From Tricharina praecox (Eukaryota): a stretch of DNA of 64,000 bases. Below, in pieces: positions 28,382 to 38,934 of this stretch (positions are counted from its first letter, which is position 1; every line of letters starts with the position of its first letter). The notes under the pieces are model-generated. The model worked only from the letters and a program-made list of their open reading frames with translations. It searched no databases and had not been told where the DNA came from. Position numbers and translations under genes: made by a program. Location of the stretch: positions 434,001-498,000 of the forward strand of contig NW_026250417.1 of the NCBI RefSeq assembly GCF_024521635.1, read 5' to 3'.

Positions 28382-30908
28382 TCATGTCTGTGTCGAAGCG
28401 ATCTGGAAGCGACAGTGGACCCGAATCAGAGACGCATTGCTGAGGCTTCCGGCGTGAGACGACTCACCTGGCCGTTTGTTGTGAGAGGGTTTTCGCCTTG
28501 CTGTTGAAAGTACTTGGTATAGGGGTTCTCTCCTCGTCGGATGGCCGCCTCATCGACCTCGACACCGGGGTGGCCATTCTCGAGCATCATTCGGCGGTTT
28601 GTGGTGGTCTCTTTTCCGTCCTCAGCAAGCTTGGCTTTGGCTACAGATTGGACAGAGAAAGGACTGTCGGGGCGAGTTAGCAATGCGACAAACGAAGCCA
28701 TCGGGAGGAACCTGAACATACCCGTTGATTTCTTTGTCCATCAGCAAGAACTCCTTTGCGGCGTCCTTGGAGCCTCGCTCCATCAAGTAAACCATGTAGT
28801 GGTGGCAAAGATCCTTGATGGTAAGCGGCGGCAGGTGGCTCTTCTTGCGGATGTCATCCACGACTTGACGTATCCGCTCGTGGTTCGCCTGCTCTGTCTC
28901 GGCGCTGGTGGGCTGCTCCATCTCAAAGTTGAGATAGTTGATCCAGAAGTACCGACTGTCGAGGTACCAGCTGGTGTTCTTCTGGTACACCTGTCGTGCC
29001 TCCTCAACGCTTCCCTTAACCTTCCACAGCAACCGTGCCCACTCAGCTGTGAGTGCACCCTTAGTGTAGATATCACACTTGTCGCTCTCCAGCTGAGATC
29101 TGTAGACGGCAATCGCTGATTCGAGCCCACCTTGTCTACGCTCGAAATTGGCCCACGCGACGATGATTTCAATGCTACCAGGAACTGCACAGATGTTAGT
29201 ACCAAAACATCGATACTACGTGGGCAATCGACTTACTACATTCCAGGACAGACTCATAGACGGCTCTCGCCATGTCCGGTCTACCCTGCGACTCCTCAAA
29301 TGTGGCGTACTGGATCCGTATTCCCGGGCGGCTGATGGGCACGAAGATCATGCTAGCTCTCTGGTAGATGTTCCGTACCTCCTCCTCCTTACCTTCTTGC
29401 GAATACATCCACCTTGCGAACCTGTACCAAAACTCGTCGTAGAAGGCGCAAGTGACGAGACACCGCTCGTATAGGAAAGAAACCCTTTCGAATCCGCTCT
29501 CAACCTCCTCGAAGTCCAGGTATTTCCGCCAGTTGACCAGCTGTGGCTCATCCAATTCGGTGACGTGGAAGTAGGGTCGTTTTATCTCAGACTCGTACGT
29601 CCATCGCTTTGTAGTTTCGGTCTGTGTGCGCGAGAAGATCTCAAGGTGGAAGTTGTCGATCCGAGACCGGACCTCACGCTCAACCTCGAGCTCACCACGT
29701 TCCATCTTGATCTGCTGCTGGCCAGCTTGCACGGCTGGAGGCGGGTCGGCAAGAACCTCCTGTCTGAACTGAGCCAAAGTGTCCTCAGGAAGAAGCTCTG
29801 TCAGAGGCCGGGTCTGCGCCAGCGTTCTGAAGCGATCGAAGTAGCGGGCATATTGGTGCATCGGAATGTGAACCACCCTCTCTAGGATAGCGAAGATCTT
29901 ATCCTCACATTCGAGACGTTCCTCGAACTCGATGTATTTGTCCCAGAAAGGATGCGACAAGAAGTCAAGACCGACGGCATTGGCTCCACGCTCAAAGAGT
30001 CTGTAGGCACTCGGAGTTAGCTTAATTTCGAGCCAGAGGGGAAGGGGATTGCCGTGAGGGTCGAGCAAGGGAAGAATGGAAAGAAAGAGCAAATACGGGA
30101 AGATTAGCATTCAATGACAAGCTTCCGACCCTCAATCTCGGTGTTCTGTGTGTGCCGACGGTGGAGGCTAAGGAAAGGGCAACGAGTCTGGGACGATGAT
30201 GTGAGACCACATAATGACGGATGGCTGGTTCTGATATAGCAGCTCACCAGTAGATCCCTTTAATTTGGTTTCGTTCGAACGCCGGAGTACATAGCTATGT
30301 GTTTTGGGTGAGATGCAGAGGGAGGGAGAGGAGACAGGCCTGTGGCTGTGGGGAGGGGGTGGAGGGTGGAAGGGAGGAATTAGGAGACGAAGAACTGCAG
30401 CGTAACACGGAGTACGCCATGTCCATGGAATGCTGCAAATTGCTAGCAGATAACACAAAACTTACTCTCTGATAATGTCCGGATCGTGGCTAGTGTCAAC
30501 TTTGAAGCCACAGTAATTGGTCCAGAGGTCGACTGAAATGCCGATGCTGGCGACTCCTCGTTCGTAGACCTAGATCCGTCAGCCCGCTTTTCTTTATCGC
30601 GCGGTCATTCCAGCACTCACCATCTCCGCCGCCTCCGTCCCCGCAATGCTGAACTCCATATCGGCATACTTCTTCCAGTATCCAAACAGCAGCGGGAACT
30701 TGGCTAGAAACCGATCGAAGACGCCACGAGTGAGCGCGATAGCCTGGGGCGAGCTATTCCTGTTCAACCCGCCCTCCAATGTCTCGGCGATCCGTACAAG
30801 CTTCTCCCACGACTCGAAGTCGTCGGGATCCTCAATGACGACGCGATTCGCCTTCTCAAACTCCACGAACTCGGGCTTCATCTCGTCCGCGGGGATAAAG
30901 TCCGTCAT
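28382..30908 (-). CDS. PRP39: U1 snRNP HAT-repeat protein Prp39
   Basis: FDRFLAKFPLLFGYWKKYADMEF, GLDFLSHPFWDKYIEFEE, YESEIKRPYFHV. Intron 2 is 465 nt (30001-30465). A probable last intron at 28403-28467 gives ...NGQIASTQT*; if it is unspliced the stop is at 28426. Confidence 0.93.
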
Positions 30909-31869
30909 TGTCGGATCCGCGTGTTTGATTTTGGCGGGGGAAGAGGCGGTACGTAGGTGGGTCGTTCTTGTCGTGTTGTTGTGAAGGGTGCGTTCTTGGA
31001 GTTGGGATTTTGTTGTGGTGATGTTGGTGAGAAGTGAGTGGTTGGTGTGGATGTGGATGGGGTTGCACAGATGCGGCTGCGCGAAATGGAAAATCAGGGG
31101 ATTGCGCGTAGAAACCGGCACGCTACCAGCAACTAAGTGGAAGTCTAATGCAGAAGTGGCTTCGCTGGCCTTTAGCCACAAAGCGCCACAACCAGTCCTT
31201 CGGCATTTGGGGAGCTTCGAACCGGGCACCTTGGATCCGCCGGTGTCGCGCGCCCCAACCCAATGCGTGAATACAATTCAAACTCAATTCATACGTAAGT
31301 GCGTAACGCTTATGAAACTACCATCTAAGCCCCTCATACAAATTCATGATATCCACTGGTTAGCAGTTCACCTCAAGCTCAACCTGCAAGTCCGAAACTC
31401 TATTTACCCGTACTCGTAGTTCATGGCCAAGAAAACCTCAATCACCAACGATCACTGTGCGGTTTACGTAACCAGTCTATTTTCAGCCCTACACATGCTC
31501 GGTTGAGCCCCACCCTAAGTTACCTCACGCCCCCCCACGGAGAAGTCGACGATCAGGCAAACCGTGAATATGAAATACATACAGAAGCAAGATCTCTGCT
31601 TTGCTTCAGAGATACCAATCTCCATAAAAATATCTTGCGCCCAATGGAACCGCACACTGTGACTCACATAGAATAGAGCATCCAGAGCTCCCTGTCCAGG
31701 CACAGCTCTCGTAAGAGTCACAATCATCGAGCTAGCTGTAACCCTTTGTAGAGTACGTCAGTCAAATCAGGTGGAGGGGTTCCCGTGTCATCTACCTCGC
31801 GTCCCCGCGCGTCTTCCCATCTTCTCTCCACCTCTCTCCACCACCTCTACCTACTACCTCACCACATAT

Positions 31870-33524
31870 ATGGCGACTCCCAACCCCGTCACCACCATGA
31901 CGCCCGACAGTCCTACCAGTCCTACGGGCAGCAAACGCTCCGCATCCTCCACCGCCGAAGAGATGAGCGAGCTGATCCACAAGGCGAAGGCGTCCCGCGT
32001 CAGCCCGCCCTCCCGCAACGACGACGACGACGAGTCTATTGAGGAGCTGCTTGAGAAGCAGCTCAACTGCTCGATCTGTGCGGAGCTGTATCTGGACCCG
32101 GTTTTGGTCTTGCCATGTTCGCACAATTTCTGTGGTAATACCTCCTCGCCCCGCCTCGAGGTTGCTATGGGAGACAGGCTGATTGATGCGGGGGCGGACA
32201 GGATCATGCGCGGCCCGTTGGCTGGAAACGAATAACACCTGTCCGTCGTGCCGTGGAAAGGTCGTTGAGACTCGTCCCAACTCCGGAGCGCAGGAGATGG
32301 TGGGGTTGTTGCTGCGCAAGTTTCCAGAGAAGGCACGGCCGCAGGAGGAGCTTGACGAGCTGAAGGCGATCTACAAGCCAGGCGACAAGGTAGCTACCCC
32401 CCATATCCCCCATATCCCCCATTCGATCTTACTGACATGCCCCGGCTAGATCAACATCTGTTCCGACTCATCCCCCTCATCTGAAGACGAAGAAGAACTC
32501 GATGACGAGCCATGGGACAACCACTTCTGGTGGAGACCGTGTCCCACGTGTGTTACGCCCAACCCGTACGGTTACGTATGCCCGGACCCGATCCCACCCA
32601 TTGACACGTACCACCACGACTACAGCAGCATATTCCATGCACACGTAAAATGCACGTTCTGCGAACGGGCAACGCCAACCGACTGGAAGCCGTACAAATG
32701 TTCCGTCTGCTCCGACATCAGCTGTGGCGCCATGTTCACCTGCATCAACGAGACTTCCTACATCACCGCCGTGCCAGATCAGAGGTTCTTCTCCGTCAGC
32801 GATGATCGTTCATGGCCGTTTTTCAACGCCGTCGAGAAGGCGCGGCTACAGGACCTCCGCGAAACTCACCCCGAAGAGCTGAGCTGGGAAGAGATTGGCA
32901 AGATGATAGTGGATCACATACTCATTCCCTCGAACGAGCTGAGACGGGAACAAACCCTCTGTCGGGGATGCGCGAGGAACATCTTTGAGGGCGCGTTAAT
33001 GCGCTGGTGGATTTGGTATCAGAAGCAGCACGGAATCAAGGATGATAGGGTTAAATGCTGGTACGGGTTTCAGTGTAGGACACAAACGCACAGTCGTAGT
33101 CATGCGGAGAGGTATTTCCCTCTCCTGGTGTGAAGAAGTGCGAACACGAACGGTGGCTGACTGCGAGGATAGGCTCAACCACGCGTGTGAAGCCACCCCG
33201 CTAACGGAAAGGGTCAATGACGCCCCGAGGGTCTCGTCTTCGTCTACGCCTGCCATTGGCGCTCCACCGGCCTCGTCTACGCCTGCTGCTGATGCTCCAC
33301 TGGCCTTGTCTACGCCTGCCAGTGATGCGCCGGTGGCTGCTACGTTCGGCTCCCCCACGCATGACCCCGCAACGCCTATGCCTCTTCCCAACATCGAAGA
33401 ACCACTTCCTTCATCTAGCACCAACGAAGCACAACAAGAACTCGCCGCCGCTTATGCCATAGCGAGTATCACAGGAGGGGGAGAGATGCAAGGTGACGAG
33501 GAGCCTACAGAGGTTAGGGGATAG
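31870..33524 (+). CDS. CHFR-like RING E3 ligase (RING, Cys-rich region, PBZ-like motif; no FHA), 4 exons
   Basis: RING: CSICAELYLDPVLVLPCSHNFC/GSC...CPSCR. Then CxxC pairs and KCWYGFQCRTQTHSRSHAER/LNHACE, matching the CHFR C-terminal PBZ pattern. Confidence 0.8.
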
Positions 33525-33651
33525 TTTGTTGTGAGACACATTTTTAGTAATTGAATGGATATCACTTGGGTAATAAAGTCGCTGGGCACAGGTTGTACCG
33601 CTTTGTTTATTGTTCATTGTGATGACTACAAGTATCAATACGGTGTAAAAT

Positions 33652-36600
33652 CTACAACTTTGGCTGGTACTCCTTAGGAAGGTACTCGTTATCCTTGAGC
33701 CACTTCTCGACATCCTTCTTGTCCCTCGCAATCCAGCTAGCCTTGGCCGCAATGGTATCCAGGGATTGTGCCAGCGCGCGGTCGAAGCCCTTGGTATCCT
33801 TGTTCTTGAAGAAGTCGGAAACCTCACGCGCCTGCTCGTCGGATGTGAAGTTGCTGGTACACATGGAGACCACGCTGCCAAGCATCGAGAGCCCCGGGGG
33901 AAGCTTCTTGATCAACAGCTCGTAGTTCTCCTGGAACCAGGCCCAGATCGCTTCGCTACCCTCACGGTGAGAGCGGACGCCAGAGATGGGTTGGTAGATC
34001 TTTTATGTGTTAGTGGATGATTAGCGGGAGAGCGGGGCGGGGAGGGTGATTACATCTTGGTCCTTGACCTCGGAGCTGAGAGCCAGGGCCAGAGTCTTCT
34101 TGATGTTCTCAGGGTTCTTGGAGCGACCGAGCCATCGGAGCGCAACGTTCTTCTCGTCGTTATTGCGGCCGTTCTTGAAGGCGTTGTAGACGACATCCCA
34201 CTATCCACAATCGTCAGCATAAGGGTCATATCGCCATTAGAAGAAGATAAAAACTCACTTCCTTCTCACCCTGGTTCTCGCCGTACTGCAGAGCAATTCC
34301 GTAGACGGTTCCACGAAGGTTAGGGTGAATAGCGTCGAGGTCGCCAGCAGCAAACTTCTTGAACATGCCCATGGCCGCCTCAATGACCTTGGGGTCGCCA
34401 TTGAGACCGGCAATGCTGAAAGCCAAGGTCTTCAGCTGCTGGGTAAGCTCATCGTCACCTTCCTTGAACTCCCATCCAAGTTTGTGGGCAAGGGGTGCCA
34501 TCAGATCACACTGGAACTGCTTCAGAGCATCCCTCTCCTCCTGAGGAGCGAAAAGCCACGCGCTCTTGATGCTCGAGACACGAGCAGAAATCTCAGCCCA
34601 GACAACGTAGCTCTCCTCCTCCTTGAAGCCGGCAACGAGGTCCAGCAGCGCGGAGGTCTTCTGGTAGCCGCTGGTAGCGAGAGCACCGGCGTCTCCGAGG
34701 ATACCGGCGCGGTCCTCGACAGAGAGGAGACCAGTCTTGGCCGACTCTCCAAGCTTCTTGAGGCGTTCAGGAGAGTACAGTGTGCGGTAGACGGCAGACT
34801 GATCGGCATTGAGCTTGAAGAAGTCGGTGTCAGGGACTTCGATTGTGGTTTCACGAGTCTCGAAGACGATGTCCTCGTCAACTCCGTCCTTGGTCTTGAG
34901 ACCGACGAAAATAGGCCAGAGAGTCTCGTCCTCCTCAGGCTTGACATCAGCGGTCTTGAGGTAGCGGTTCTGCTTCAGGTGGACCTTCTTGCCGTCTTCG
35001 GTGACGGTGATGACGGGGTATCCGATCTTCTTGGTCCATGTTGCCATGGCGCTCTCGACATCCTTTCCACTGGCCTCGCTAAGAGCGGCCCAAAGGTCGG
35101 TAGTCTGCAAGCGATGTCAGCATACATTGTATCAGTGCACATTCTATCAATTTTCACCTGAGTGTTGCCGTAGGCGTGCTTCTTCAAGTAAGCCCTGACA
35201 CCCTTGATGAACACCTCCTCTCCGAGGTACTTGGACACCATGCGGAGAATACTGGATCCCTTGGCGTATGAGATGCTGTCGAAGATCTGGTTGATCTCGG
35301 CGACCCTCTTCACTGGCACCTCGATGGGGTGACTGCTCCTCAGACCATCCAAGTTCAAGGCGGAAGCCAGGTTATCGACAACGTAGTTCTCCCATACCTT
35401 CCAGTTAGGGTAGAACTCGTTCATCGAGTACCAACTCATCCAAGTAGCAAAACCCTCGTTGAGCCACAGACCCTCCCAGAAGTCCATGGTGACCAAGTTA
35501 CCGAACCACTGGTGGGCAAGTTCGTGCTGAACGACCTCAGCGATACGCTGTTTCCGGTCGACGGAGGCAGTCTTGGGATCGTAGAGCAGGTCGACGATAC
35601 GGTAGGTAATCAAACCCCAGTTCTCCATAGCACCGGCGGAGAAGTCAGGAATAGCAACCATGTCCATCTTGGGGAGAGGGTAATCGACGCCAAATTCTTT
35701 CTCGTAGAACGTGAGGGTGCGCGCGGCGATGTCAAGGGAGAAATCGGCGTACTGCTCGTTTCCGGGGGTAGCGTACACACGGATGGGGAGACGGAAGGCA
35801 TTGGTCTCCTTGTATTTGAGGTCACCGACAATGAAAGCCAGAAGCTGGACAATATTAGCTGGTCCGCGCGATCTCAACCGATAGCTTGGTAGATGGGAAG
35901 CTTACGTAGGTGGACATAGGAGGGGTCTTGTTGAAGGAAACAGACTTCTTTCCGTTGTCAAGATCCTTCTCCTCTTTAACGTCCATGTTTGATAGACAGG
36001 TCAATTCCTTGTCGGCGATCAGGGTGACGGACCAGGTCGATTTGAGGTTGGGCTGATCGAAGCAAGGTACGGCCTGCGGATAGTCAGCTCCTCTGCTGCA
36101 GTGGGAAAGCTCGGAACTGCTGTAGCAATACCCGTCTCGCATCTGTAGGCTCCATCTGGGTTGTAGCCATGTACTTGGTCTCTCCATTGGCGTCCTTGTA
36201 GGATGATCGGTAGAAACCGGCCATCTTATCATTGAGGATTCCAACAAACTTGATGGTCAAGGTAGCCTTCGCACCCTCCGGCAGAGTCTCGTCGAAGGTG
36301 AACTTGTTGGTCTGGATGTCCTCATCGTATATGGATGAAGTGGGTGTCAGGGTCTTCCCGTTGATCTCGAGTTTCGTTTCCTTGACTTCGATCTCGAGAG
36401 AATTAACTGAGATCTCTTTGGAGGCTTCTGTAATCTCGATGCTAGGTAATTCCATCAATCGTCAGCTAAGCTCCATCTCCATCACTCCATCACTCCGGCA
36501 TCGCCACAGTGTTCGTAAAAGCAGTCAGACTCACTCAATGGCTACAGTCCCGTTGAAGTTGAAGTCCTTGAAGTTGGGTTCGAGCTCAATGTCGTAGTGG

Positions 36601-37022
36601 AGCGGCTTGACATTGGAGGGGAGCACCTCCCGTCCCTGGGTGATGTCAACGCTCCCAGAAGCTCCGTCCATAGTACGACACATTCTGGCACACGAGCAGT
36701 TTCTCGCAAAGGTTCTGGGTCGGAGGGTTGATGGTCTAGATAGCTGTCGTGATGGTCGTGAGAGAAGTGTGGATGAGGAAGAGATGGAGGATGGTGGAGC
36801 GGGGAAGGTAATCGGTGTTGTATTATTAGTGGACAGGAATGCGGATGTGCTCAACGATCGAACGCTGCCGCAGCCCGGAACTCTCAAGGGTATGGATCTA
36901 AGAAGCAACCGTGGTTGGACAGCTTTCACAGAGCAACAAGCTGAACAGGAATTGAGGCGGGGTAATTGCTGCTGCTGTTGCTGCAGTGGCCGGACAGATC
37001 TTGTGATCTGCGAGCGCAACAT
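33652..37022 (-). CDS. APE2: M1 alanyl aminopeptidase (Ape2/Aap1), multi-exon, with N-terminal extension
   Basis: GAMENWGL exopeptidase motif, [27 protein letters not shown] zinc motif, [13 protein letters not shown]. Confidence 0.95.
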
Positions 37023-38312
37023 CCTCAGAATGTGGGGGGTGGGTAAGGCGGGAAGCGTAGATCTCCGGTCTCCGTCAACGCAATTGAGAGCGAAAGAAAG
37101 CTTGCTTATGGCGGCCGTCGCTATCGTTATATTCCGCTTCGCACCTCAATTCGGTCGGCGTAGAATGAAGCGATGCGAACGAATGGAGGATGAGTACGGG
37201 GGGAAGTCCTATGAGTGGTGGGGGTTCTGCGCGGATGCTGGCACTGATTGACCGAAGCTCACGAGCTGCGGGTGAAGAAAAAATTGACGGCCTCTCGCGG
37301 ATCACCAATCCCTGCGTCCGCTATGCTTCGTTTACCTACCTCCCCCGATCCGATCCCGAGCAGCTCGGTGGCAGCGGCAGTCTCGGACGGGCATACGGGT
37401 TTGGAGATTTTGATGTTTTAGCGGCGATGTAACGTCTTGTTCCCGCCGTCTTCGCCGCGGAGCACCATGCAGAACAGTTCCCACGATGAAAACGAGCTAT
37501 GAACCGTGGAATTTGGTCACTTGTGGGACAATTGCTACACATTCCCACCTGTAAGGCGCACACACCAAATACACAGCTCACACTGGAGAAATAGAGTGCA
37601 GATTTCCGAATCTTCGCAAACTAAACTTTTGCTTCTTCACCAAAATATGTATCCCGTCTATCAGCATCCACAGTCCATCGCCCCAATCAAATGGGACTCA
37701 ACGGACTGCGGACTTCCTATCGGGGAAATAGTATTCGTCTGGAAAACGAGAAAGACGATCCGAGGATCGAACAATCTGGCATCTAAACACCGTGGAGAAA
37801 TCGTGATGTTTGACGTGGCATTGTCTTCGGACTTTTTGATGAAGAAGAAAAAAAAAGAAGAGCAGAAACGGGTGGAAGAGAGCGGGTTTTATTCACGCGA
37901 CGCACAGTGCCAAGCATTAGGTCACCAGCTAGCAGAAATTTTAGCCGACTGGGCATGAATAATCACTCGGGATTCTACCTCGTCCATCGTGATCGGTTTG
38001 GCTGATCTAAAGCAAAGCGAGAATACTCTACATAGCCAAGCATGTCAGCAGCAGACGTTTCTTCTGAGCAAAGGCAAGCTGACCTTATTCTCTTACGATT
38101 TCCATGTACTCGGGTGTAAGGGTAAGTGCTGCCTCACCAGGTTTTCCCCCATACAACTTAATCACAACCACTCACTCATTTCATTGTATCTGGCTTAGTG
38201 TGCTCATAATATAGACTAGTGCTTATAATTCGTAATGGTGAGGCCCACTTATTGGCAGCTCCTGGTACTATCCTTGATTGAATTTGGCCGCTGGTGAGAT
38301 ACTATGAGCCCC

Positions 38313-38331
38313 AAACCCTAGCCACCCTAAC
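38313..38331 (+). promoter_or_regulatory. Two telomere-like (Tbf1-type) motifs, AACCCTAG and ACCCTAAC
   Basis: Sequence read directly. A regulatory role is inferred from Tbf1 sites in yeast snoRNA and ribosomal-protein promoters. Confidence 0.25.
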
Positions 38332-38598
38332 GTAAGCGAGAAGATATTCGCCGCAACCTCCAGGCTCCGTCGCTCAAAACTGCTGCATCATCTCTCTCGA
38401 CATCAACCTCCCCGCTTCACAGCTCGTTTCCCCAACACCCTCGCACGCGTATACTCGCGGTAGCATCTTCGTATCTTCGTTTTCGTTTTTTTACCCCTGT
38501 CCTGTATATTAACTTCAATTCAATGTAAGCCAATTGAACCTGATTTGCGATTGTCCGTGTTCTTTTTTGCGCGTTTCCCCCGTCCCCACACAGCAAGC

Positions 38599-38860
38599 AG
38601 GGCGGTCCTTGGGCAGGTCATTCCTCCACAGCCACAGGTCGTTCAGAGGGGCTTTATCCTTCGGGATGGGTCCCTTATAATTGCAAGATTGATTTTACAT
38701 GCCGTCTCGTTTGAGGAGCATCTTTCTACAAAAGTGGAGATGAATCTATAGGTTATGATCGGTACATTCTATCTTTTCTTGCGTGTTTTATAGACGTTGT
38801 TTGCGACGAAGAATAGAAACAAGTGGTTGTTGAAAAGCTGCGCTGAGACTTCCCCGCCTT
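38599..38860 (+). ncRNA. Candidate structured RNA of unknown class in the DPH6 leader region
   Basis: Nested complementarity: AGGGCGG/CCGCCTT, GCAG/CTGC, ACAGCCAC/GTGGTTGT, enclosing three hairpins, one with a C(UUCG)G loop. Confidence 0.45.
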
Positions 38861-38934
38861 TCGTGTTAGTGAACTGAATCTATTGATCGTGGTGCTTGTC
38901 CAGTGAGAACGAAACCTTACAGACCAAACAAACC

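Noticed and set aside
34325..35161. Long antisense ORF over APE2 (similar ones over the HET-like gene, CCP1 and GGT)
   Set aside because: Shadow frames caused by GC3 codon bias of the real genes.
38534..38880. TPP riboswitch (GCTGAGA and GAACCTGAT motifs)
   Set aside because: The motifs are in the wrong order and no P4/P5 follows CTGAGA.
38515..38880. RNase MRP/P on the minus strand (GGGGAAGTCTC ... GGCTTAC)
   Set aside because: There is no room for P2/P3 before the CR-I-like motif, P4 pairing is poor, and the G.U pairs favour the plus strand.
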